Positions 37,417-48,300 of a DNA stretch of 54,796 nt are shown here, in pieces. Numbering within the stretch: the first letter of the stretch is position 1; the number at the start of each line of letters is the position of its first letter. A model generated the notes under the pieces. It saw only the letters and a program-made list of their open reading frames with translations. It was not told the DNA's origin and searched no databases. The DNA is taken from positions 1 through 54,796 of the IMG/VR virus record IMGVR_UViG_3300044820_000106; one strand, given 5' to 3'. A program made the position numbers and the translations under genes. This stretch comes from a virus (lineage: Duplodnaviria > Caudoviricetes).

Positions 37417-39023
37417 CTGACCTGATTGTTTTCCAGCCGTACGCCGGGGCGCTGACGCAGTCCGGTTCCGTCGACGGCTGCCTGCTGCGCCTCAACGCGC
37501 TCGCGTCGATCGCGTCGCTGGCCAGTCACCACGGCATCGTGTCCGGCAACCTGTCGCCGCTCGATGCCGGCAAAAAGCCGCCGGACAATGTCGGCACCGT
37601 GTCTGGCACGTTCCCGGCGTGGGACGCGCTCGCGACGATCAGTAGCAGTGTCGTCGCGGCGCTGTTGCCGCGCCCGGCGGCGGCGGCCTCGAGCCTGTTC
37701 TTCTACATCCCAGACATCACGGTTTCCTACGGCGAGCTGCCGCTGTTCACCGGTAAAGCCGTCGGTGTATACCACCGCATCGGCACCGTCGACGGTGCGC
37801 TGCGTCGCTTCGATGGCTTCGCAACGGTGCGCAGCAAGCCGGTCATGCGCGCGTTCATGCGCGTGCCGGACGCGAGCGCGATTGCGGCGATCCCGTACGT
37901 CGGCGGTTTCTACCTCGGCCGCTCGCCGGGCGTCACGTGGATGATCGACAGCGATCCGTCGCGAGAAGTCGTGCTCGAGCGATTCGGCCTGCACGCCGCG
38001 ACCAAGGGCCAGCCGATCTTCACGATCATGGAACACCTCAAGCTGGTCGATCAGCCGCACACGACCGCGGCGATAAAGAACACGATCGTCGACGATCTGC
38101 AGATGGGCGACACGCTCGCGGTCATCTGGAAGCTGCTCGTTCAAGAGCATCTGCAGTTCCACCCGTCGGTCAACCCGGCGACGATCCACGCCGCGAAGAT
38201 CGTCGAGATCCTGACGCTGATCGCCGGCCCGAAGTCCAGCCTCGCCGCGCGCAACGCGGTCGCCGCCGCGCTCGCGCTGATCGATCACGCGGGCGTCGTG
38301 TTCAAGTTCACCGTCTCAGAACACCTCGGCCTGCATGAAACCGTCAAGGCATCGCTGGCCGCGTACGCGAACATCCTCGACACGATCATCCTGCGCGACA
38401 ACCCGAAGCAGGGCGTCGTCTTCTCGGCGATCGTCAAGGAAGGCCTGAACCTGCACGACAGCAGCGTGACGAAGATGACGATGCGCAACCTGATCGCCGA
38501 GGGTCTGTACCTTGGCGCGCAGATCAGGCTCGGCGACGACGTCTACACGGCATGGGTCGTCAACACCTCGAACCGCGCCGCGACCGAGTACGACAATTTC
38601 CCGTTCAACAGCTTCTTCGAAATCGGCGGCCGGTACTTCGGCGTGTCCGACACGGGCGTCAACGAACTGACCGGCACCGACGACAACGCGGTCAACATCG
38701 AGAGCTACATGCGCACCGGTCTGACCGACTTCGGCACCGGAAAAATGAAGCGCGTGCCGTCGGTTTATTGGGGCTATACTTCTGACGGAACGATGGTGCT
38801 CAAGGCCATCACGACGTCGCCTGAAGGCGAGAAGATCGAGAACTGGTACAAGATGACGCAGCGCACCGCTGACGTCACGCGGGAAGCTCGGATCTCTCTT
38901 GGCCGCGGTATGGAATCCGTGTACTGGCAGTTCGAACTGCACAACGTCGACGGCTCGACGTTCGACATCAACACGATGGAATTGCTCCCGGTCATTCTTG
39001 ACCGCCGTATCCGTAGTAACTAG
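37413..39023 (+). CDS. Tail structural protein
   Basis: 536 aa; YDNFPFNS, TGLTDFG, GRGMESVYWQF. Confidence 0.7.
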   Translation: MTDLIVFQPYAGALTQSGSVDGCLLRLNALASIASLASHHGIVSGNLSPLDAGKKPPDNVGTVSGTFPAWDALATISSSVVAALLPRPAAAASSLFFYIPDITVSYGELPLFTGKAVGVYHRIGTVDGALRRFDGFATVRSKPVMRAFMRVPDASAIAAIPYVGGFYLGRSPGVTWMIDSDPSREVVLERFGLHAATKGQPIFTIMEHLKLVDQPHTTAAIKNTIVDDLQMGDTLAVIWKLLVQEHLQFHPSVNPATIHAAKIVEILTLIAGPKSSLAARNAVAAALALIDHAGVVFKFTVSEHLGLHETVKASLAAYANILDTIILRDNPKQGVVFSAIVKEGLNLHDSSVTKMTMRNLIAEGLYLGAQIRLGDDVYTAWVVNTSNRAATEYDNFPFNSFFEIGGRYFGVSDTGVNELTGTDDNAVNIESYMRTGLTDFGTGKMKRVPSVYWGYTSDGTMVLKAITTSPEGEKIENWYKMTQRTADVTREARISLGRGMESVYWQFELHNVDGSTFDINTMELLPVILDRRIRSN

Positions 39024-39036
39024 AGGATCTGAAAAC

Positions 39037-40923
39037 ATGGCCGTTGGTGATTGCCCGATCATCGTGGGCGACCCCGCGCTCGGCATGGTCGAACAGGCGT
39101 ACGACAAGTACTCGCTGTATGCCACGAGCGCGTTCAACAAGGCGCTCGAGCAAGCCAGCGCGCTGCAGACGTTCGCGCTCACGCCGATCAATTTCACGGT
39201 CGACTACTCGCCGCCGCAGGCGTGGTATCAGTACCAGCGCCCGATCCAGCCCGCGAGCCCGAAGGACACTGCGTTCCACCCGACCGACATGACGAAGGGC
39301 CTGCCCAACGTCGACGTCCCGGACGTGCTGTTCGATACCGCGCCGGATGATGATACCGCCAGCCTGCGTCCGACGATCACGTATCCGAGCTTCACGCCGC
39401 AGCTGACGGCGCAACCTCCCGGCGCGATGCCCGCGCTGAAGTCGGTCACGGTGCCGGCCGCGCCGACGCCGACGCTGCCGGCGGATCCGTCGCTCATCGC
39501 GATCAACCTGCCGACCGCCTCGTTCTCGCCGTTGCCGACGTTCAACGGCGTGCGCCCGGTGATGAACATCTCGGCGCCCGCGCAAAACTTTTCGTTCACG
39601 CCGACCGAGTTCGTCGACGCGTTACTCGACAAGACGAAGGCCACGATCAGCACGATGCTCGACGGCGGCACCGGGCTGCCGAACGCCATCGCCGCGGCGA
39701 TGCGCGCGCGCGCGTTCGCGCAGGCCGACATCGAAGAGTCGCGCGCCGTGCAAACGACGTGGGAAGAATCCAGCTCGCGCGGCTTCACCAACGTCAACGG
39801 CGTCATCGACCGCAAGCTGCGCGAGACGCACCAGACGGCGATCACCGCGCGCACCGGTCTCAATCGCGACATCGTGATCAACGACTTCCAGATCTCGGTG
39901 GAGAACCTTCGCTTCGCGGTCACGAGCGGTATCACGCTCGAAGGCCAGCTGATGCAGAACCACATCGAGATGATGAAGCTCTCGCTGCAGGCCGCGCAGT
40001 TCGCGCTGCAGGCGTCGATCGAGATCTTCAACGCACGCGTGTCGCTGTTCAACGCGCAGATGCAGGCGTATTCGATCGACGCGCAGGTGTTCCGCGACCA
40101 GCTGCTCGCGCTGCAGGCCGAGGTCGACATCTACAAGGCCAAGATCGACGCGCAGAGATTGATCGGCGAGATCAACCAGCAGACGGTCGCGATCTACGAG
40201 GCGAAGGTTCGCGCGCTGCTCGTCGGCGTGCAGATCTACACCGCGCAGATCGAAGGCGTGAAGGCACAGGTCGAGGTCAACACGCAGCTGATCGAAGGCT
40301 TCCGCGCACAGGTGGCCGCGTACGGTGAGTCGGTCAACGCGTACACCGCCGAGTGGGGCGGCTACAAGGCCGCGGTCGACGCGCAGGTGGCGAAGGAACA
40401 GGTGTACGCCACGGCGGTCACCGCGTTCGGACAGCGCGTACAGGCCTACAGTGCCAAGACGGCCGCGCAGATCGACCAGCGCAAACTGACGATCCAGTCG
40501 CGCGAACTAGCGCTCGACGCGTGGAAGGCGCAGCTTACCGCGCAAACCGCGTCGATCGATTCCGAGGTCAAGCGCATCGACTCGGTCGTGCGCGTGTTCG
40601 AAGGTCAGGTCGAGCTGTACAAGGCGAACGCATCGGTCGAAGAGAGCGCGAGCGCCGCGCACGATCGCCTGTCGACGCACCAGATCGAAGCGGAGAATCA
40701 GCGCACGCAGGTGGCGCTGAAGAACGCCGAGCTGGCGATCAACCAGCTCGTGCAGACCGCGAACCTGCTCGTCGAGGCCAAGCGCTCCGCGGCGACCGTG
40801 CTGCAGCAGCTCGCCGGCTCCGCGCTGTCGACCGTCAACTTCCACGCAGGTGTGCAGAGTTCGGTGTCGCAGGCGCAGTCGTGCGGTGTCGAAACCAGCT
40901 ACCAGATCTTCCCGTCTTCCTAA
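39037..40923 (+). CDS. Virion protein with Pro-rich N-terminus and long coiled coil
   Basis: GAGG RBS; Ala/Gln-rich helical C-terminal half. Confidence 0.72.
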   Translation: MAVGDCPIIVGDPALGMVEQAYDKYSLYATSAFNKALEQASALQTFALTPINFTVDYSPPQAWYQYQRPIQPASPKDTAFHPTDMTKGLPNVDVPDVLFDTAPDDDTASLRPTITYPSFTPQLTAQPPGAMPALKSVTVPAAPTPTLPADPSLIAINLPTASFSPLPTFNGVRPVMNISAPAQNFSFTPTEFVDALLDKTKATISTMLDGGTGLPNAIAAAMRARAFAQADIEESRAVQTTWEESSSRGFTNVNGVIDRKLRETHQTAITARTGLNRDIVINDFQISVENLRFAVTSGITLEGQLMQNHIEMMKLSLQAAQFALQASIEIFNARVSLFNAQMQAYSIDAQVFRDQLLALQAEVDIYKAKIDAQRLIGEINQQTVAIYEAKVRALLVGVQIYTAQIEGVKAQVEVNTQLIEGFRAQVAAYGESVNAYTAEWGGYKAAVDAQVAKEQVYATAVTAFGQRVQAYSAKTAAQIDQRKLTIQSRELALDAWKAQLTAQTASIDSEVKRIDSVVRVFEGQVELYKANASVEESASAAHDRLSTHQIEAENQRTQVALKNAELAINQLVQTANLLVEAKRSAATVLQQLAGSALSTVNFHAGVQSSVSQAQSCGVETSYQIFPSS

Positions 40924-40932
40924 GGAACCAAC

Positions 40933-42378
40933 ATGGCCACCGACGATTTTTCGCCAGACGCCAACACGCCGACTCGCCGCAAGACGAAGGCGCTGGACAA
41001 CACCGCGTACCTCAACAGCCCGGTGCCGGGCCCGCCGACGAGCGCCTACGATTACGGCCAGTCCGCGCGCGCGGGCGTCGGCACCATTGCGAGCACGGTC
41101 GTCGACGCCAACAAGGCCGTCGGTGGCGCCATGCTTGATCAGGCCAAACTGCAGGCCGCGCCGGTCGTAGAGGGTGCGCGCGGGCTCGCTGATTTTGCGC
41201 GCGGCGCCGCCGGCATCTCGCCCGCGCCGGCCGCGCCCGCGCCGACCGCACAGAGCAATCCCGCGCCGGCCGCGCCGCCCGTCATGTCAGGCGTGACCTC
41301 GACCGCCGTGTCCCAGCCCGCGAACCGATTCTCAAACGTGGGCGCGGCCGCGTCGACGCAGCCCGGCGCCTCGAGTCGCGCGTCGTTCGCGCGCAGCCCG
41401 GGCGACAGCTCGAAGGGCATCGACAACCTGATCGGCAGCGGCGTGGGCGCGGTCGTCAACGGCGTGCCGACCTTCACCTATGACCCGAAGACCGGCGGCA
41501 ATATCGGCCAGCCGTACGTCGACCGCACAAGCGCCAGCCCGTCGACGCCGTACACGGGACCCGAGGGCGGCGTCGCATCGGCCGCCACCGGCCGCGGCGG
41601 GCTCGCCGGCACGATCACGCAGGAACAGGGCGTGCGCGCCGCCGGGCTCGGCTCGCTCCCGGGCGGCAGCTCGACCGTGCAAGGCGGCAACGAATACGAT
41701 CCGGAGGCCGCGCAGCGCGGCGCCGCGTCCGACGTGGCCAGCATCCTCAGTAAGGATCCGCGGTCGACGCTGGGCCGGGCCGCGTGGAACGCTGGCGTCG
41801 ACCTGAACCACCACGGCGCGCGCTCGCGCTCCGGCTCGGCGCCGTCCGAGTACCAGACCGCGATCGGCGGCCTGCTCGGGCAGGTGCAGTCGAACCTGCA
41901 GGCCGGCCATCAGGGCGCGCTCGCCACACAGGCCGAGGGCGCGGCCGCCGGGCGCCAGAATTCGCAGCAGAACTTCGATCTCGCCAAGCTCAACACCGAG
42001 ATCGCGGCCAAGCAGGGCGAGCAGGGCACCTACCAGACCGACGCGAACGGCAACCTGTTCCGCGTGTCCGGCACGAGCGCGACGCCCGTGTCCGGTATCG
42101 GCGCGCTGCCGACGCAGCAGGGCAAGGGCTTCACCGAGGCCCACGCCAAGCTGTGGGATTCGCTCAACAACGAAACCAAGCAGGACGAGACCGGCAAGAC
42201 GGTGCCGCTGAGCTATGATGAACGCGTGCAGAAGTTCAACGCTCTGCTGAACAACGGCACCGCTGGAAGCGGCGCCACGACCTCGAAGACCGCCGGGACC
42301 GCGACCGCAACCGCGAAGGACGGTACGAAATTGAAACTCTCCGCTGACGGCAAGTCGTGGGTGAAGGCGAATGGCTGA
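40933..42378 (+). CDS. Internal virion / ejection protein candidate
   Basis: Gly/Ala/Ser-rich; precedes the giant protein. Confidence 0.7.
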   Translation: MATDDFSPDANTPTRRKTKALDNTAYLNSPVPGPPTSAYDYGQSARAGVGTIASTVVDANKAVGGAMLDQAKLQAAPVVEGARGLADFARGAAGISPAPAAPAPTAQSNPAPAAPPVMSGVTSTAVSQPANRFSNVGAAASTQPGASSRASFARSPGDSSKGIDNLIGSGVGAVVNGVPTFTYDPKTGGNIGQPYVDRTSASPSTPYTGPEGGVASAATGRGGLAGTITQEQGVRAAGLGSLPGGSSTVQGGNEYDPEAAQRGAASDVASILSKDPRSTLGRAAWNAGVDLNHHGARSRSGSAPSEYQTAIGGLLGQVQSNLQAGHQGALATQAEGAAAGRQNSQQNFDLAKLNTEIAAKQGEQGTYQTDANGNLFRVSGTSATPVSGIGALPTQQGKGFTEAHAKLWDSLNNETKQDETGKTVPLSYDERVQKFNALLNNGTAGSGATTSKTAGTATATAKDGTKLKLSADGKSWVKANG

Positions 42379-45300
42379 CAACGGCCTGCCGCCGCTGCCC
42401 GACGGCGCCACGCTCGACACGCACGACAGCCTGCCCCCGCTGCCGTCCGGCGCGTCGCTCGACAGCGCGCCCGCCAAGCCCCGCGCGCGCGGCGCGCTGG
42501 ATACGCTGAGCGATCTCGGCCAGAGCGCGTACGGCGCGGCCCAGCACGGTCTCGGTTCGATCGTGCGCGGCGTCGGCGAGTACACCGGGCTCAACGGCGT
42601 GCGCGACGTCGGCAAGGGCATGGCCGAGTCCGGCACGATCAATCAGGAAACGACCTCGCCGGAATTCCGCGCCGAGACGTCGAAGGGTCTGCTCGACTCG
42701 GGCGGATTCACCGGCACGAACGTCGCGCGCAAGTCGCTCGATTCGCTGGGCGAAATGTTCGCTCCGGTGGCCGCGTCGGCGATCACCGGCCCCGCTGCCG
42801 CTCCCGTCGGCGCCGCACTGTTCGGCGCGCAGGGCCGTGGCGCTGGCGCGGAAGAGGGCGAGAAGCAAGTCGCCGCCATGAAGGACGAGCAGCTGGCCGC
42901 GGTCCCGCGGTATCAGGAACTGCTGAAGTCCGGTCTCGACCCGGCGGCCGCGCGCGCGCAACTCTCCGACGAAGTCGCGAGCCGCGTCGGCAACGTGCAG
43001 GGCGCGTTCGGCGCCGCGCTCGGTCTCGCCGGCAAGATCCCGGGCATCTCGCAGCTGTCGTCCGCGGTGGGCTCGAAGCTTGTGCAGCCGCTGGCGCGCG
43101 GACTCGGCGGCGAACTGGCGCGCCCGGTCGCGCGCACGCTCGGCGAGGCCGCCGGCCAAGGCGTCGCGTTCCCGGCGATCAACGCCGCCGGCTCGGTCGT
43201 CGGCAACGTCACGAATCCGATCGACACCGACCCCGGGCAGGGCGCGCTTGAGTCGGCCGCATCCGGCGTCATCCCCGGTATCGTCACCGGCCTGACCCAC
43301 GGCCTCCTCAACGAGCGCGCCATGGGCGCGCGCACGCGCAAGGCCCTGAGCGACCTCCCGCCGCCCGCCGCCCCGCCTGCGCCGCTACAGCTCGGCTACG
43401 AGCCGGATTACACGGTCGACAGCCAAGGCCGCGCGATCTACAACAAGGGCGACCGCAACCTCGGCCGCCCGCTCGGCGGCAAGGGCATGGAAGAGCAGGC
43501 CCCGACGCCGGTCACCGGATTCGCCGGCATGGGCACGCTCTCCGGCCAGACGCCGGCCGAGTCCGCGCTCAGCTATCTGCGCGACTTGCACGCGAGCACG
43601 CCGCCCGGCGGCGCTGTCTCCGACGACACGCAGGCCGCCATCGCGCGCACGACCGCCATGGCGAAAGCCGCGGGCGCCAGCGACGAGGACATCGCCGCCG
43701 CGCACAGCACGCCGCCGACGCCGGCTGACGTGGAGCGCGCGCAGGGAAAGCCGGTCGGCCCGATCGCCGGAGCGCTCGAGGCCGTTCCCGAGTCGACGAT
43801 CGAGTCGCAAGCGGTCGAGGCGAACACGCCCGAGCCGACGCCGGAAGAGCAGAAGGCCGCCGCGGCCGCCGCGCCGTTCAAGAGCAACTATCTCGACGGC
43901 GCGCCCGCGCGCGCGGAAGGCGAGGACGACAAGGCCTACGTCAACCGCGTCGTGCGCAACCTGCCGACGCCGACCGCCGAGCACCTGCCCGACGACCCGT
44001 CGCTGTACTTCAACGAGCAGGACTCGCACCGCGAGCCGATCAACAACCTCAAGCCGAGCAGGCCGCAGGATCTACTCGATCAGCGGCAGGGCCCGGCGAA
44101 GATCATGGCGTCTGCCGCGGCCGGCGCGATTGCCAAGCGCGAGCCGCTGTCCGTGCGTCAGGAAGCGGACGGTTCGTACACCGTGCTCGACGGCAACGGC
44201 ACCTACAACGCGGCGAAGAACGCCGGGTTCAAGGAGCTGCCGATCCGCGTCGATCAGGTGGCGGCCGAGGACGGCTGGCGCGACGCCATCGCGGCGCACA
44301 AGGATCTGACCCCGGACGCGAAGAATGGGCTCATCGCCAAGTTCGAAGAAGCCGAAGCGGTCAAGCCCGTGTTCGATCGCACGCTGGTCGACCTGACGCA
44401 CGAGCTGGGCCTGCCGGATCCGAAGCTCGCGCCGATCAAGGGCGTCGCGCGCACGGCAGAGAAGACCGCGACCGAGTACGACAACGACCCGTCGCGGATG
44501 CGCGACATCGTGCGCGGCACGATCACGGCCAACACGCCCGAGCAGGCCAAGTCGCTGATCGACACGCTCAGGCAGCGGTTCAAGGTGACGGCGGTCAAGG
44601 ATTCGATTTCGCCCGGCACCGAACCGCGCGGCGCGACCGGATACCGTGACGCGAACCTGACGGTCGAGATCAACGGTCACCCGACCGAGATTCAGATCTC
44701 GACGCCGGAGATGCTGGCCGCGAAGAAGCTCGGCCACAAGCTCTACAAAGAGCAGCGCGCGATTGAAGCGCAGGCCAAGCTCGAGAAGCGCCCGCTCAAC
44801 GATGACGAGCAGGCGCAGGTGACGCGTCTGGCGCAGCAGCAGACGAAGCTGTACGCGGACGCCTATGCCGGCGCGCGCGGCGCCGAATCGAACCCGGCTG
44901 CCTTGAAGGCCGACTCGCGCTCGCCGGGCGACGTCAACTCGGACGTGCCGCCTGTTTTGGACAACGGCGAGTCGCGCTTGACCGGCCAAGACTTGCCGCC
45001 CTCGAAGCCGAGCATGTCGACGCCGTCTCCGAAGCCGGAAGGGTTGAACGCGAGCAAGCCCACCGCGTCGTCCGAAAAGAACCGGGTGCCGGCGGGCAGC
45101 GAGCGTGGATCTGCTGAGCGTGGATCGAATGACATTGGTAAATCCTCTGAAGGAAGTGTACCACAAAATACCGATGATAAACTGTCTGTCGCCAGTTCTG
45201 GCGGCATTATTCCGCCTGTGCGTGGCGGCAAAAACGAGCCCGCGCACGTGGAGCGCCTGCGCAATTCGCTGTTCAAGGATAGCAAGATCGGCAACGCGCT

Positions 45301-48300
45301 GCGCCGTCTCGAGCTGAGCGGCGGCCTGCGCATTGTCGACGAGCCCAGCAACGTATATTCGGGCAAGTTCGAAAACGGCAAGCTGATCCTTAACGCGCCG
45401 TACCTCAACGACCGCACCGCGCTGGGCGTCGCCCTGCACGAAGCCGGCCATGCTGAGAAGGCCGGCGGCTCGCTGCGCGCGTTCGTCGGCCACGGCGAGT
45501 TCGACAAGCTCACCGCGCGGCTCGACGAGATCAAGAAGGCCGGCGGCCGTGACGCCGATCTCGTCCGCAAGGCCGAGGCCCGCGTCGAGAAGGCGGGCAC
45601 GAAGCCCGAGCACGCAGCTGAAGAGCGGCTGATGTACTTCATCGAAGAGGCCCGCAATGCCGAGACGGGCGGCACGATCAGTGATAAAGTGCGCGGTACT
45701 CTGCGGCAGATTTACGCGTCGATCAAGGCGGCGCTGTACAACTCGCCGCTCGGCAAGTACCTGAAGAAGGCCGGCATCGAGCTGAACGCGAGCGACTACG
45801 TTGCGCTCGCCGAGGCGGCCGTGCGTCGTCAGGCCAACGAATCGATGCGCGCGAACGGCCTGACGCCCGAGCCGCTGTACAGCAAGGGAGCTACCAGTGA
45901 AAAACGAACCGACGCAGGACGAGGATCTGATGCTGCCGGCGCACGAGGCGTATCTGAAGTGGGCAAAGGGCAAGGGAAGGGATGGAACGAAAAGCCCGTC
46001 CACCCCAGCGCCATCGCCGTCGACGCCGTCCACTACTCAACCCAAGCAGGACTGACCAAGCTCCTCGGCCGCAAGTACGGCACGAACCACGCGGGCGCCG
46101 AGCGCGCGCGTGTGTCCGATGGCGGCATTGCGAACCGCGTGTACTTCTACCCGAAGGATTCGCCGCTGGCCGCGCGCGGCGAGTCGATGGTCGGTCGCGC
46201 CGCAAAGTACGAGCAGCGGCTCAACAACATGTACGACATGCGCACCGATCCGCTGGATCTGCGCGACAAGGCCGACGCGGCCGAGAAGCGCGGCAAGGAC
46301 TGGAACAACGCGCTCGACAAGGCCGTGGTCGATGCCGGCTTCGACGGCTTCCGCACGCACGACATGGCCGTCGTGCTCGGCTCGAAAAACGGCGTCGACG
46401 TCAGCGCGCCGAAGTACTCGAAGCCGACCAAGGAAACGGTCGCCGAGGTGCTGGGCGAGCGCGCGAAGTACCTGACGTCTGACGAATTCGCCAAGCAGCG
46501 CGTGGGCACCGCGAAGAAACTCGTCGAGCTGATGAGCAAGCTGCCGGATGCGAAAGAGATGGCCAGCGTCGCGCTCGCCGGCAAGGCCAAGCGCGGCTGG
46601 TACAAGGACAGCGCCGACGCGATCCTGTCGACCTTCGGCACGAAGGACGCGCCGCGCTTCGCCGCGCTGCTGTCCGCGCTGTCGCCGCAGACGAGCGTCG
46701 AGAACAACCTGCTCAACGCGCTGCACACGTGGAAGAACTGGGACGCCGCCGGCCGGCCGACCGACAAGGCCGCGATCGTGCGCGTGCTCGGCAAGTCGGT
46801 GCAGGGCAACAAGGGCGAGGACAGCGTGCTCGGCGCGTGGATCAACAACAGCGTGCGCGCGCTCGGCGATCCGGATCCGAGCAAGACGACGCTGTCCGGC
46901 CCGAAGGTCAACAGCTTCATGAACAACCTGCGCGGCGTCGTCGACGAAGTGACGAACGATGCGTGGATGGCCAACTACGCGCTCGTCGACCAGACGATGT
47001 TCTCGGGCTCCCTGCTGCCCGGCTCGAACGATCCCGGCAAGCGCCCGGGCTACGTGGCCATGAGCGCGCGCACGCGCGAGGCCGCGGCGCACCTGACGAA
47101 GATCACGGGCGAGAAGTGGACGCCGGCCGAGGTGCAAGAGACCGTGTGGTCGTGGGCCAAGACCGCCTACGAGCTGGCGTCGAAGACCGGCGAGTCGGTC
47201 GCCGACCTCGTGAAGTCGGGCAAGATCACCGACGACCTGATCAAGTCCACCCCCGCTTTCGGAGAGCTGTTCAATGCAGACCAATACCGATCCATCCTCG
47301 AGTCCGCAGGACTCAACCCAACTCGCGGTGCAGATCATGCAGCGAGCGGACAAGCCGAACCCCGCGCTGCAGGCGAAGCAAAAGCGGCTGCTGACGTTGC
47401 TCCGAAAGCAAAGCACCTCCAGCAAGCCGCCGGCCGCCTCGACGCTCTGAGGGCGCAGCGCGCGTCCGCAGAGGCCAAGTTCTCGATCCCCGACACGGTC
47501 GGTATCGCCTACCCGGGCGACATCGGGAAAGAGAAGGACCGCATCGCGCAGCGGCTGTTCGAACAGCCGTACAGGCAACTGGCGCCGGACGATCGCGAAC
47601 TGGTCGACCAAGCGCACCAGACGTCGTCGGCCGAGGCCAACCGCATGTACTCGGTGCCCGCGGTCGCGACGCCCGCACGCGCGCAGCAGACCGGCTCGAA
47701 CCTCAAGGACGCGATGGCGAAGATGCGCGAGATCGGCCGCGGCATCATCCGCTCGTCGCTCGCGATTCAGGACCGCGCGATCGGCACGGCCGACGCAGCG
47801 CTTGAGGGCTGGCGCACGGCGTTCGACAAGCGCGCGCGCAGCATCCTCAACGACCCGAAGCTCGCGCTCGCCCCGGTCATCGACTACCAGAACGGGCGCC
47901 CGGTCGACGCGCGCGTGAAGCCGTTCTTCGACACGATGTCGAACATGCTCGACAAGCAGGTGGCCGAGATCCACTCGTTCGGCAAGGGCTACCTCGAGGG
48001 CCTGATCGAAAACTACTACCCGCAGCAGTGGAAAGATCCCGCGCGCGCCGAAGACTTCTACAAGACCTTCCTCGGCAAGCGCCCGATCGCGGGCGACAAG
48101 TCGTTCATGAAAGAGCGCGTGTTCAAGGACTACGAGGCCGGCATCGACGCGGGCTTCGAGCCGGTGTCGCACAACCCGGTCGACATGCTCATGGCGCGCT
48201 ACCAGAGCGGCGAGAAGCTGCTCACGTCGCTGCGCATCATGAAGGAGATGGAAGACCGCGGCCTCGCGAAGAAACTCGCGAACGACGAGCGCGTGCCGAA

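Noticed and set aside
45101-45126. GAGCGTGGATC direct repeat (2 copies)
   Set aside because: Only two copies with a 4-nt gap; encodes DPRS twice; not CRISPR-like.
45105-45317. 70-aa alternative-frame ORF across the AT-rich island
   Set aside because: No clear RBS, and the C-terminal half is shadow-like; the AT richness is better explained by promoter elements.
45136-45675. Upstream extension of the antisense ORF to 270 aa
   Set aside because: This part shadows the zincin domain; RBS and promoter point to ATG 45135.
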